DNA of 56,576 nucleotides, counting the filler, from Bipalium vagum (taxonomy: Eukaryota), in NCBI GenBank assembly GCA_037834085.1. It is 3 parts of 3 records of this genome, joined end to end, with 100 filler letters (N's around TTAATTAATTAA, not from the genome) between each part and the next. Parts side by side here need not be neighbours in the genome. Positions count along the whole stretch, not along the records: positions 1 to 16,029 come from JBBMKC010123775.1; 2 more parts are not named here. One strand, 5' to 3'. The notes below the pieces were generated by a model. The model did not search any database. It saw only the letters and a program-made list of their open reading frames with translations, and was not told the origin of the DNA. The stretch's first letter is position 1. Each line of letters opens with the position of its first letter. Positions 1 through 13,319 of this stretch are shown here, piece after piece. The position numbers and the translations under genes were made by a program.

Positions 1-727
1 TTTATTTTCAATTATTTTGGCAAGTTTAATTGTTGTTATTTAGCAAATATTACTTTAAACTTTATAATAAATCCAGATTTTATTTTTCACTTACTTTCAT
101 TAAATTGTTTTAATCATGTACCTATTTTTCAGAAATTTTCCATAACGATTTTTGATATATTGAGTTCTCAGAAGAATATTATAATAATTAAAAATCCGAA
201 GATTAATAAATGGCCTGATTACATCAAATTGAAAGATTATTTTAAGTTGACGATTTGAAAGGCTTATATTTTACTGAAAGTTAAATTAAAAGAAATAATT
301 ATTATCATGGAAAGGAAAATAATTAAGAATTTTCGAAAATAAAATTACCAAAGCGTTCATTTAGAAAACATAAAGATGTTATCACAATTTTACAGTTCTT
401 AAAGAACATTATAAATATTCATACACGGAGAAAAATTTTGTTTTCATTAAAAAGTTTTCAAATAATCAATATTTTAGTACATAAATAAAAATTTGAATTA
501 ATTAAAAATTAATAAAATATTAATAAAAAGAAAAAGAGAAAATAAAATGCGGAAATATGTTTCAGAAATTGAACCGATTTTTAAAAAAAGAAAAATAAAA
601 GAATAAAAATTTGGAATTGAAAATAATAACGAATTTTTGCAAAAGCATAAAGTGGCATTCTTAATATATTGGACATTCGGTTAGGATAATTTTTAAAAAC
701 GTACTGTTTAACTTTGTTTAAATAAAA

Positions 728-1221
728 TATTGGTTTGATCCATAAGTTCCTGGTTTTTTTCTATATAAATTTTAAAAGCAAATTTTAAACATATTATTTG
801 TTTAAATATTAACAAGTTGCACACCATTTGAAAGCTGAGAAAGAGACGCTTAACAAACTTTTAAATAATAAAAGATACTTTTAAAATAAAATTACTCAAT
901 TAGAAGGAATTAAAATTTTACCACATCCTGCAATCAGTCTAGATCTAGCATCCAGCGATTATCACCTTTACCGATCAATAACTCATTTCCTTAGAGGACG
1001 ACAGTTTGAGAATATAGGGCAGGTTGAAAATAGATGTCGTGAATTTTTCCTTTCCAAAGATAAAGCATGGTACCAGAGTGACATCGAACAACTTGCCCAC
1101 AGTTAAACAAAATGGTCTTTATTTTTCTGAAAAAAATTTTTTTTTGATTGTTAGATTCTTATCTCTAAAACATGCATAATATTTTCATTAAAAACGCACG
1201 AACTTATAAATTATCCCGATA
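728..1221 (+). mobile_element. internally deleted mariner (C-terminal transposase remnant with both TIRs)
   Basis: ILPHPAISLDLASSDYHLYRS..FLRGRQFEN..WYQSDIEQLA; imperfect TIRs TATTGGTTTGATCCATAAGTTCCTGG / GCACGAACTTATAAATTATCCCGATA. Confidence 0.82.
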
Positions 1222-1714
1222 ATTTAAAAAATCAAAACTTGTATAAAGTGAAGAAAAGAAAAATAAACACTAAAATAATTTAAATTTTGCTTAATATTTA
1301 GAGATTTAACATTCAATATAAATCCATAAGTAACAAAATTTTTATGGTATTTTTATTAAATATCAATATATATTCACAGCTATTTTAGCGGCCTATTATT
1401 ATTTCCTGTAGGAAATTTGTCAATAAAACTGAAAAACAGTTTCCTTTTGTCTAAATAAAATAAACAAAATTAATATTTTATGACAGTAATAAAATTAATT
1501 GTTTAGGAAACAATTGAATTTTAAAAAATAAATTTTAAATATTGGTTTTTTATGAGGATTTTGATAAAAAATATATTTGGCTGGTGAAATATAATAACAT
1601 TTTCTAATGTTTTAAGTTAAATTTTTATTTTGATGCACATGTTGTTTCGATAATAATCATATATTGATAAAATTTGAAAGATCACAAACATTTATTTATT
1701 TCATAAAGTAATCA

Positions 1715-2375
1715 TACAAGGGTGATGCAAAAGTTCGTGCTCAAAAAAATCTTATAAAGAAATTTTACATTTCAGATAAGATATTACCGTGTTTACAAAA
1801 TTTAATATCTACATTTATATTTAAAATGTATAATTTTTTTTAGTAATTTATCATTTGTTTAAATATTGAAATATTGACTGTATGTTTTTGAATTTCAATA
1901 AATAATATTTTCAAATTTTGTGATTAAGATGATTTTTACAAAATTTGAGATAAGATTGTGTTGAGCTACTAATGCAAAAGAGGCTTGAGCACGAAGGATG
2001 CTTGCAAAGAGATAAGCGGGTTTGAAGATGAATTATTTCTCAGAAGACTGCTGCTAAGTGGTTAGACGCTTTAATAATGGAAATTTGAACCTGGAACACA
2101 AGCCACGCTTAGGTTGACATTAACTGTCATGGGTGATGAATGGATTACAGCCTTGTTTCGATAAATGCAACACTCCTCAGAGGACGCCGATTTGATCTTG
2201 GAGCTTAAATCGAGGTGGCTTGTAAAGACTTTGGAATCAAAGCAAAAAAATTGGTACTTTGACAAGATAAAAATGCTAGTAGACCGTTGGATGGACTTTA
2301 TTTTCAAGTGCAATATTTTTGTTGTAAATAAATAAATATATAATTTTGAGCAAGAACTTTTGTATCACTGTAGTA
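1715..2375 (+). mobile_element. internally deleted mariner derivative
   Basis: TIRs TACAAGGGTGATGCAAAAGTTCGTGCTCAAAA / TTTTGAGCAAGAACTTTTGTATCACTGTAGTA; internal ISQKTAAKW..RFNNGNLNLEHKPR fused to KNWYFDKIKMLVDRW. Confidence 0.85.
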
Positions 2376-2424
2376 TAATGTTTATTAATGATACACACTT
2401 TAGACTATTTGGTCACATTTGGAA

Positions 2425-2760
2425 GAGAATGAAATTGAAATTATTATTTTGTATGAGTTCAAAATTAGACTTGCAGAATGAATAGTACATTTAATGCCGG
2501 AGCTTTTAATTACTATATGATGTAACGCTGATTTCAACGCTTTCAATAGCAATGTAAGACCTTGAAGGTGAAGCTAGTGACAATACAGAAATGAAGGTAA
2601 TAATCACAGCTGAATTTTTAAAACCATCAAATAGGTTGCATTTATCAAAGTTTCGACCATATCAAAATATTTAAGCCAATTTGGAAAAGAATGGATGGTA
2701 AGACGACCAGGAAAATGCAAAAAACATCGATGTGTTATCATCGCTTTTACATTGAATTGA
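2425..2760 (+). mobile_element. degenerate mariner N-terminal (HTH) fragment
   Basis: IIILYEFKI..NSTF..R*FQRFQ..DNTEMKVII, resembling the mariner paired-like domain. Confidence 0.5.
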
Positions 2761-4369
2761 TGCCGAAATTGACTGTTGCAAGTACTTTAACATTTTATCT
2801 AAAACTGACTCAAAAGTGAAAAATGAAAAAAGCATTGAATTTGGTGTTTTTTATTTTGATTAATAAAGATTATTTTGAATCAAGTTACAAAACGTTTGAT
2901 TTTATAATTAAAAAATATTATTATTGCTTTCATCAAATAATTTAAATAAAATCCTTAAAAATGTATACCAGACATTTAAAATATAGCCTGTGATAGATAT
3001 ATTGAGCAGTTAATGTAGAAGAAATAATTACTTCAAAATATTTTTTCATTTTTCATGATCAAACGAGAGAAAAGTATTTCAATTAAAATCTCTATAAAAG
3101 ATAAAATGCAAATAAATTGAATTTATTTCATTTTTTGACAGTCTAGATATTTTATTATTATTATTATCATCATCAACATAATGATAATAATTACTTAAAA
3201 AGAGAAGAAATAAAATATTTTTAATTAAAGATCGCTTACATGAATATATCATTTTATCATTATGGGTTTTTTGAAAATATAAAGGCACGCTTATTTAACG
3301 TTATAAAATTAAATGGTAAGATTTGATTAAAGATTTAATTAATTTCATTAGTTAAATAAAAGTAAGTAGCAAAAATTAATTATAAATAAAACGACGTTGA
3401 TATTATTAATTAAGAAAGAATATTAAAATTAGTAAAGAAGTATTCTATTTCTACAGATTTTTAAAGAAGAATATTCAGAAATATAATTTTTTAAAGATAA
3501 TTTTCTGCAAATCGTACTTTTTTGTATTAAAAAAATAGATCCTAAAGTATTTAATGGTTCTAGATGAAATTTTTTATATGGAAAAAATAATATATAATAT
3601 AAATTACATACCTTTTGAGATTTTTAAATTAAATAATTAAAATAATTTCATAATTATTTTCATATTTAAATTAATTAGAAAATAATGTCACTAAAAATAA
3701 TTATTTTAAAAATGATGTTACTAAAATAAGTAAATTTTCATAATTTTAAATAAAAATGTAACTTAAAATAATGACTTACTAAATTTAGAAACGGTTGACA
3801 ACAATTATAGATTTAGTAGGTTTTATAAAAAATAGTAAGAATCGGATAAAATTGAATATAAATGGACTCCTTTTCAAGCTTAAAAAGCTTTGTTAAAATA
3901 TTTTAAATTAAATAATTTTAAGTTTCATTTAACGTAAATTAGAAATTTAAGAAAATTAATTTATAAATTGTGCTGTTCTAAGAGACAACATTATAAGAGA
4001 CATCTAACAAAGAAAATACTATTTTTATCATTTTAAAAATAATATTCTTTTGTGTGTCAAGAATTTTGAAGTCTGTCTGTGACTGGTTCAAAGGTTAACA
4101 TTCAAACCTATTATGAAATTTTGAATTGATATTTCTTTCGGCTACATAATTTCCTTCGATGTTATTTTATTCTCAAAGATTGATATGACATGGGAAGAAT
4201 TAATCAACATTTAATATAGTCTTATTTATTAAAATTTAAAGCATTTTTCTTCATAGAAAAATATACCATGTAGTTCATAAAGGTGATATCATCTGTAAAT
4301 AAATATTATTTATTTATTATGTTTAAAATGAAGCCTTTTTAATGAAGTCTTGAAAATAAGTAGTATCTA

Positions 4370-5316
4370 AATTGATATGCCAAATTTCGTCGTGGAAATT
4401 TTTCTCTGAATGACGAACCACGTTCTGTACGCCCATTGAACGTTTCTGACGACCAAATCAGAGAAATTATTGGATGTGATCGTCATATAACAACTCACCA
4501 GTTAGCTGAAAAGCTGAATATATCTTATGCATGTATAGAAAAGCGACTAAACCAGATGAAAAATGTAAAAATACTTTGATATATAGATTCCTTATGATCT
4601 GAAGGAAATTACGCAATACAGCGAGTTAGCATTTGTGATTTGCTTCTGAAACGCAACAAAACTGATATTTCCTGAAACGATTGATTACCGGAGACGAAAA
4701 ATGGATTTGTTATTAGAATGTAACCCGAAAAAGATTGTGGTGAAAGAAAGGTGAATAAGCAGAAATTACTCCTAAAGTCAGTAGTCATCAAAATGAGTTT
4801 ATGTTATCAGTTTTGTGGGATTATAAAGGAATAATTTACTCTTAACTCTAACCATGCAATGAAACGGTTGTCTACATTCAAAAATTAACAATTTTGAATT
4901 TTGAAGTAAAAAGACGTTCAAAATTGACCAATCGAAAAGGTATTGTCTTCCTTCATGACAATGTGAGGCTGTACACTTCTTCGGCTGCTAGTCAAAAAAT
5001 ATTGGAGCTAAGCTGGGATTTGATGCTACTTCCAATGAACAGTCCAGACATAGCACCGACAGATTACTATTTATTTTGGTTGCTGTAACAGTTTTTAAAT
5101 GGAGAATAATTCAAAAATGGTGAAGACGTCAAATTGGATTTTTCTCTGTTTTTAACAATAAAAATCAGATGTAATGATGCTTTCTGAAAAATGGGAAAAG
5201 GTCATCGACATAATTGAACAATATTTATTTTATTATTATTTAATACAAATTGGAATTTATGTCTTTCACCTGAATTAGTTACAAAAATACGCATTTAACT
5301 GGTGTTCAACCTAATA
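4370..5316 (+). mobile_element. degenerate mariner (cecropia/Hsmar1-like)
   Basis: AKFRRGNFSLNDEPRSVRP..LAEKLNIS..FLKRLITGDEKW..FLHDNVRLYT..NSPDIAPTDYYLF; right end ...GTTCAACCTAATA. Confidence 0.9.
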
Positions 5317-7574
5317 AATAATTAATAAAATTCAAAACTATTCACAATTTATTAAATTAAAACAATAATAATAACTTCAAATTTTTATTTTAAGCTCTGT
5401 ATAAAAGTCGAATCCAGAACGAAAGAATACTCGTGCTTTTATTAATATAAATCTAAAATTCTGATTGAGCAATGAATCGGTTTGTTCTAAGATCATTTTA
5501 AAAATGAAAAGCAAATCATTCATTCTGTACATAATACAGAAAACGAAACAGAACATAAAAGAATAGTTTTTTCAATGAGCTAAACGATCAATAAATATGT
5601 GCATATTGATAATTCCCTCTATTACTTCTAAAATCGTTCCAACAAGTGCTTAGAACGGTCCTTTAATCTGCCTCCTACAAAGCATTATCACTCAATTCTG
5701 TCATAATTGTAAGTGATGCAATGATTGATGAATTTGAGACTGAGAAACACTGCAGAATTACATTTCTATAAAATCAAGAAGCAGCAATTATGATTTATGA
5801 TAAGTCTCGTTCAGACTGTAAAAGTTTTTTCAGGATTTTTATTCAATTTTTATTCATAATTTTAATATTAGTTTTTTATGTTTTGCGAAACATTGAAGTT
5901 TTCTTTTTTTTATTTCTAAAATCAATAGAAAAGTTCTGTGCTTGTTTAATAAAGATTTCAAAACAAAAATCGCTACAAATAACCAAAGCCCCGAAATCAG
6001 AGATTAAACGTCATTTAATGAGAAAAAACTCGTATAAAAAATAAAATTATTCAAATTGAAACAAAATTTAATTAATAAATCAAAAACTGACATTAAGTAA
6101 AATTAAAACAAAATAATATATCTTATTGAAAATCAAATAGCTACAGAAAATATTAAAACCATTAATTGCTGAGAAGAATCGATACATTTTATTTATTTTT
6201 CCAATGTAACAAGTAAAAATTAAATAAAATAATAAAATTCATATTATTAAGAGAAAGACGATGATTTCATAAGAGATATTAAAGAATGAAAATTAAGCAG
6301 TATTTTTTTAATCTTTATAATTAAATGTCTGGATAATAATTCTATGTGACGTGTAGAGACATATTTCTTTAAAGAATCATATGCAAATAATAATAAATGA
6401 TGCCAGTGTTATTCTCTTCCCTGTTGCCCTACTGCAAATTTGTATTGATTCGGATATTAAATACCTGGCTTATGCTTTCGGATTCTCTCAGCGTTTAAGG
6501 AAATCTTATATCCGCTCAACTCCTCTACGAAATTTGTCAAAAATAATTTCACCAGACAACAATAGAAATAGAGGAAGTGATTTTCAAATGAAAATTATCA
6601 TGATTACAATGACATGTGAATAGCAAAATAATCAAAGAATTAACTCAGGATCAATGAAAATGAGGAAATTCTAATAAAACCAAGTTTCATTATCAATACT
6701 TAATATTTTAAAGGTTTTCCCTTACTTCTTTTACTTTAATTTATAATTTATGTTATATTTTCTATATTTAAACTAGATAATAATAAAATAATTTTTCTTT
6801 GTCACGAACAATAATAAAAGTAGAATCACAATAAATGTTGAGTTTCTCAATTTTCTAAAAATATTTTTTATTCATTCATTACCATATTTAACCTTATTAT
6901 TTATTATTAATTATTATTAATATCAATTAGACTTTTAATTTTAAGTATATTTTAATATCAAATATTCTTATACAATTAATTTTTTTGTCCCCTAATAAAA
7001 CTCTTTATTCCATAAGCAGTGCTTTTAATTAGTTTTATGTCTTTGACATCATCGAGGTTAATAATTAGATTTCTTAATATTTTTTTATCTAGAAATAGAA
7101 GTCTTATTTCTAAAAGTAAGTCGTGATAAGATTAAATCACTATATTATTAATTTTTTTATATTTTCACTGTTTTTTCAATAATTTTTTATATTATTTTAT
7201 AAAAGATTTATTTGGTTATAAAATGTTTGCAATTGATTTCATCTAGTTTTTGTTTTTATTAATTCTTTACGTACAAAATTGATTATTTTTCTGTCTTCAT
7301 GCTTGAAACTAGGAAAACCTTATTTTGGTATATAATAGGTCATTCGAAAAGAAATCTCAACTTTTATTTAATCAATCATAATAAAAGACTTAGATTAATT
7401 AATTTAATTAATTTAATAATTTAGATTAATTATGCAATCATCGAATTATTCTCCATCCATTTGAATGATATAATAAAAACCAACTATTCAACCCCTCTTT
7501 TTAAACATTTTTATATTACTATATATATTCTACAAACCTACACATTTTAATTACAAGTCCATGAGCTTACTTTC

Positions 7575-8030
7575 GCGAAACTCCAGTATTACCAGGGATG
7601 AGACAAGGATATTTCAGTATCAAGCAGAAACAAGTCGACAAGCAAGTGAATGGTTTGTAAAAAGTGAATCGAACACAAAACAACCCACTTCAAAATCAAG
7701 ATTATATTAACTGTTTTTAGTGATTTTCCACTAAGACTAATCCACTAAGACTTTTTGCCTGTTATTTGAACAGCAAATAAGTAATATTATTTGGAACTCA
7801 TGCTTCATTTGAAAAGTTCTTCAAAAATGATTTACGGATATACAATTCAAACTTCCTTATAGTTATGATCCTGCTCAATCCGACTTGTACATTCCTAATT
7901 ATTTGAAGAAACATCTCAGATGATAGTTAATTTGAAAACCGAGACAAAATAAAACACCAGGTGCTCATTTCCTTGATTTATCAAGATTTCTTCAGAAGAC
8001 CTCACAATTTAGTGCGCGTACCACTCATTG
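7575..8030 (+). mobile_element. degenerate mariner catalytic-domain fragment (in KCNQ intron 4)
   Basis: ITRDETRIFQYQAETSRQASEW..KIILTVFSDF..DFLP..LPYSYDPAQSDLYIPNYLKKHLR. Confidence 0.75.
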
Positions 8031-8318
8031 ATATAATAAATTATTATTACTTTTATTTTATATTATTTATTATTACTATATCAAGAAAAAGTATACAAAG
8101 TTTTAAACATATTAATAATAATTCTGACTCTAGTTTAACTCTAATTATAAAATACAATTGATCTAAGAATTAAGTTAAAGCTTAATAAGATATACGGAGT
8201 TCTACTTCATTTCTTTGAAATTATCTTCGACTTTTATTTACATTTATCAAAATTAAAAAATCTCAAGAATTGTTTTAATTTTATGAAAATTAAAATATTG
8301 AAATGAATATATTCCAAC

Positions 8319-8397
8319 CGAATAGCCGAAGTGGCAAATACTTGTCCCTTTGCTCCAGCAATTAGAATTGCCAACGATGCCATAATAACGATTAAAT
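8319..8397 (-). CDS. KCNQ1: KCNQ1-like channel, exon 4 (S3 to start of S4); gene continues to the left
   Basis: 79-nt exon after a tttttag acceptor, translating [27 protein letters not shown] (human [27 protein letters not shown]). Phases 1 and 2 fit. I found no exon 5 (GIRFLQILRM...) in 1-8318. Confidence 0.95.
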
Positions 8398-9600
8398 CTA
8401 AAAATGAATGAAAAAACCAGCAATGATATATTAATAATAGAAATTAGTAATAAATTATAAAAAGACCAGATCATAAATCGAGAGTGAAAAAAGGAATACA
8501 GAAATAATATATCGGTACTAGACATACCGGATCCTTAGCGTGTAGGGATAATACTAACCTATTTATGAAAATGTTGTTCAATTGTATTTCTAAAAATAAT
8601 TTATTTACATTTCTAAAAAAATGTCATGAAAATTCATGTTATATGTAAGAGTTGATAATAATAATAAATAATAATAATAAATCAATTTTCAAAAATCTAT
8701 GTAAGTTAATTTTTGTTAAACTAGATCGAGACCCAACCATAATTTTAAGGCATACATAAACTCATAGAGCAATAGTGAAATATGATAAGATTTACTTTAA
8801 TCACTATATAGACTCTGTTTTCTCCATACTAATCGCATTAGATCAGTTATTTAATAGTTTCGATAGTTACATAACATTGTTATAAGCTGAACAACTTGAT
8901 AACTCACTACCTCACTTTTCTCTTTACACTATTTTCATCTTTTTAATTAACCAATTTCTGTAGTGGATTAAAAGGCATCTCTGTGATTTAACTGAATTAA
9001 AATTCTCAAGCTTTATAACAGTTTTCGTAAAAATCTTACTAGGCTGGTCACACAGTCAGGAATTTCTTTAAAAATCTTTTATCAATTCTTTATTTATCTA
9101 TTGTAGACTATTTATTTAATGCACTTTGGTAAACTCAAGTATCATTTTTTACATTAATTTGTTATTATTTTTTCAATTATTATTATTAAAACTAGTAGCT
9201 GCAAAAATCTTTTTTTTTTAACTATTTTAGGCACTTAAAAATTCATGACAATAAAGGAATTGGAGAACATTGAAAATCGAAAAAAAATCACGAAAAATAA
9301 ACACTCAGAATATGATTTAAGTAAGTTAACTTATGAAAATAATATTCAAATATAAAAGATATTTTTACTGATATTTTACAATAACTCAAACATCATTAGA
9401 AAAAGCATTATGATTTCCAAGTGAATCTTTAGAGGCTTTAGAAATGTCCAATATTTGCAAAAACTTTAACGAAAAAATTCTCAAAGCAAAAGTTATTTAC
9501 GAAATGATTAAAGATAATTTCATATAAGTAAATATGATTGATGAACTAAATCGAAATTGACCTGGTTAATTATAATTTTTTAATTTATCAAGAAAGTTAC

Positions 9601-9727
9601 CGATAATAGAGATTGGTTTCTTGATAAATTTCAACCGACCACTAAGCCCAAGAAACTTGCTCCTGCAACCTGCTGACCAAAGTCTAATTGCAAACTCTAT
9701 GCTAAAAAAGAACAGTAGCACTATCTC
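9601..9727 (-). CDS. KCNQ1: KCNQ1-like channel, exon 3 (S2, S2-S3 linker)
   Basis: 127-nt exon translating [42 protein letters not shown](D), containing the KCNQ signature [10 protein letters not shown]. Donor gtaact at 9600. Confidence 0.96.
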
Positions 9728-9767
9728 CTAAAACTCTTTATATAATTTCGTAAAAAAATATTATCAC

Positions 9768-9858
9768 CATTATGAATAACATGTCAATGGCCATTTCCGC
9801 ATAATATGACACGGTTGACAAAACACTGAGAATCAAGCAGATGAGCACCATCAGAAAT
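9768..9858 (-). CDS. KCNQ1: KCNQ1-like channel, exon 2 (S1 and S1-S2 loop)
   Basis: 91-nt exon, ag/gt flanked, translates FLMVLICLILSVLSTVSYYAEMAIDMLFIM (human [30 protein letters not shown]). A 40-nt intron (9728-9767) follows. Confidence 0.95.
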
Positions 9859-9902
9859 CTAATGTAAACTTTCATGAAAATAATGAATTGTAATTTTCTT
9901 AC

Positions 9903-10297
9903 ACAGTGAAATGATAAAGAAAACATTTCCAGCCTGTTGGGCGTTCCAAAAAGTTATATACTTTTGTCTGAAACGTTAATTTTGCACGATAATTGGTGAA
10001 AATGGAAATTTTTTGCCAGTCTTTACCAAAGAGATTTGAAAGTCTTTTCCGAACCTTTTGATTTATATTTAAATCTGGTTTCACTTCTTCATCCATATTC
10101 ATGATTAGTAAATCAGTTGGAGAGTTATTTAAACCTGGCATAGATTGGAAACTATAGGGATTGATTAACTTTTGCTGTGCAATATTCAATGTAGAGCCGC
10201 ATAGTATTTTTGAGGAACTATCAGAAGCAAAAGATTTCGAATTAAGATTCTGAAAACTCAAGCAATGATGAAATGTAGACTGATCGTGAAAATTCAT
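9903..10297 (-). CDS. KCNQ1: KCNQ1/Kv7.1-like voltage-gated K+ channel, exon 1 (N-terminus to start of S1)
   Basis: ORF ends [24 protein letters not shown], matching human KCNQ1 [23 protein letters not shown]. It is followed by a gtaag donor at 9902 and a 44-nt intron (9859-9902), phase 2. The ATG at 10297 is inferred. Confidence 0.93.
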
Positions 10298-11724
10298 AAG
10301 TTTTCAGCTAAAATCAAATTAACAGCTTTCGGTTATTTAAATCATTGGAAGTATCAAGGTAATAAAAGTAATACATTATAACAAATATTTAAATTGTTAT
10401 TTATACTTGATTTATTAATTCTGCCTGATTAAAATTATAATTGTTATTTATGACTGCTTTTTTTAAAAATTAATAAAAATAAGTTATTATTTACATTTTT
10501 TAAAAGTCTAGTTAGTATTTAAAATAATTATTGTGTACTTAATTAATTAATTACAAAGGGTTACTAGAACATTTAACATTATTTAAAATTTTATCTACCT
10601 GAATATTTATGAAAATATGACTATCATAGCTAGAAATATTGCTAGAACAGTAATATTGCTTTTCCAATAAAATATTATTATATTTAGTTAACCTTGTTGA
10701 TTTCATGAAGTATTACTGTCTTATTATCCCAGGTCAATTAATTATCATTATCATAATATTATAATATAGTATTTACAGTATATCAGAAAATTCATATTTC
10801 TGATGACCTGGTTTTCAACTCCTTTTTCATCGTTAAAATTCTTTAATTCGGATCATTAATTAGTTCAAGGAAGTATTAAAGCATTCTATGCTTGATACAA
10901 TTAACTAACTAAAGATATATTCGTATTTTTTCCGTTAAATTTTCATTTCTTCTATCCATATATTAGACATAAATATATCAATTGTGTATCTTAAACACTT
11001 TTAAATCAGTCAATCCTGTTTTCAATAATATCTTGATAATAAATTTAATTCTTTGATTAATTACGATGTAATTGATTAATACCCGTCTTATTTTATTAAT
11101 TTTCATTAAAAACACTGTTGTCTTAATGTGAGAAACAAATTTCGCTCAAGAAAGAAACGTCCCTGTACAGAGTTTATTAAATGATCATCAATTGTACATA
11201 TGTTGATCGAGCCAGAGTATGTGTATCTTTAAGACGGAGCGTCTCATCGTCACATCCATTAGAATTAATCAAATATTGTTTACTGTCAATAGATCTTATA
11301 ATCTGCATTTTATTTAGATAATTAATTAATTTATTAGTTAATTAGAAATTTGTAATTATGTTTTTTAGCTTTTCACAAAATTCCTACATTTATGCATCTA
11401 TAATTTGTCTTTTACGACCCATATTTATTTTCAGACTCAGCTGATTATGTTTCATTTAAGGTTTAGCAAACTATCATATTGTAAATGTTAACTGTCGAAT
11501 AATTAAAAAAGTAATTTTTATTAATCTAGCTTCTTACACCAATGCTCTTGAAACAAGTTTGTCGATCACAAGTTTCAAGATCACTGGGTCGTTTGAGGAT
11601 ATCCAGATCTTTTATTTATCCAATGGATCAAATCACGAATATATTGGAGTTCTAAACATTTTAGTAAACACATATCGACAAACTACAATTAAACAATCAT
11701 TGAAATTTTAAAAAACTATTACTA

Positions 11725-11899
11725 TATTAGGTTGTTCATAAAGTTTTACACCATTTTTGTACATTCATTTTAAAATAGCATAAGTCAACCGAAGTAAAAG
11801 CTTTATTGATTAAAATAGATCAATTATCGTCTATCATTACCTTGTGATTTTTAGCGCACGTCTCAAGATTTCGAATTATTTTGGTTAAACAACTTAATA
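11725..11899. mobile_element. mariner-derived MITE
   Basis: About 175 bp bounded by TATTAGGTTGTTCA / AAACAACTTAATA inverted ends. Confidence 0.55.
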
Positions 11900-12049
11900 A
11901 AATAAAAAATTATTTAAAAAACAAGGTACACGCTCTTTGAACAATATGAGAAGGTCAAGGAATTCTTTGGTTTCCTGATAAGTAAAGTAGATAGAAAGTA
12001 ATTAATTTCAAGAGAAACCATATTTTTCAGGAAACATACAGTACGAAAT

Positions 12050-12900
12050 AAAATAAAGATGTTTCAGACAGCTAAGGCTCTGGAACACCACACAATATCC
12101 AAAAAATTTGCGGGAACAATGTACATGACGGGTAATTATGATAATATTAACAGATGAAAGACCAACGTGATACTGTTTGATAGTTTTGGAATAAAAAAGG
12201 ATATTTGCGTAAAGAAGATGATAGAAGATGTTTCACAATAGAAAATGTGATTTGTTTGCGATGCATAAAAATGGACATCACCTATCAGAATGATATACAC
12301 AGTTCGATTCACGTAGGTACTAATCTAATAATTAGATTAAAAGCTAGGGGAAATGTCAACAAGAAATAGCGTCAGTACAGGATAAATTCCATAAAAATAA
12401 ATGTAGAAAGTTCATGCAATATAGCGATAAACATGATAAAAACAACCAAAAGATAAGATTCTATTATTAGGGAAACTCATAGGAATCTTCAAATCAGTAT
12501 CATAGTGATTATTCCTAGGAGATCGTGGATGTAGAAGATGACAGTAACAAGTAGACTGATTTACAAAAAGATATAGTTTCGAGACGAGCAATGTCATACA
12601 AGATAGGTGATTATGGTCAACGAAAATCAGACACCGATAGATAATGTGATGCAGCGATGCCTAGTGTGACAGTAGTGATACAAAAGTGGAGATTTGAATG
12701 TCTATTAGATAAGAATCTAGAATTAATATTATGCGCATGGATAATAAATAAATGAGAGGTTGCACAATATTCAAAAGAAAAAATGTGAAGATATATCACG
12801 GTGTGCAAATGATGCCACTAAAAACCATGGGAAAACTATTAGTAAATGTTGCAATAAAAACACAAGTAGAAAATAATTCTACTATGAAAAGGACACATCA
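12050..12900 (+). mobile_element. Ty3/Gypsy-type LTR retrotransposon gag-protease relic
   Basis: Zinc-knuckle remnant ICLRC/HKNGHHLSE* (~12250-12293, one frameshift, last Cys now TGA) followed by retropepsin-like MPSVTVVIQKWRFECLLD (~12658-12710); purine-rich strand. Confidence 0.55.
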
Positions 12901-13319
12901 GAGCTTATAGGATGTTTATTATTTCAGCAACAATTGTTTTTGTGTTAAAACAAGAAAAGATGGTTTCTAATACATTAAAATCAGTTAATAATTTATCAAA
13001 AATGATTTATAATACTATTTTTTTTCATAATTATCTTTATTTTAATTTTCCATCTAAATTTAGCGGTTTCTTTAAGTAAATTATTAGACCCCATTTACCT
13101 ATATTTATGCTAAAATTTCCATTTTCTTTATTATGGTATCAAAAGAAAAAGAAATATAAGAGTAAAGAGAATTATTTAAAGAGAAAAATATAAAAAGAAA
13201 TATTTCCTTAGGCATTTACCTGGTGACGTCATAAAAGACTCGGGCTCGATAACAAAAATAAGAATTTCTAAGTCAAATCTTTATTAAAAAGAAATCATAG
13301 TATATAGTTACAAAATATT

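Noticed and set aside
8253-8525. 90-aa hydrophobic ORF
   Set aside because: Overlaps KCNQ exon 4 in a different frame; its composition reflects AT richness.
9738-9926. 62-aa ORF as a separate gene
   Set aside because: It is KCNQ exon 2 read through its flanking introns.
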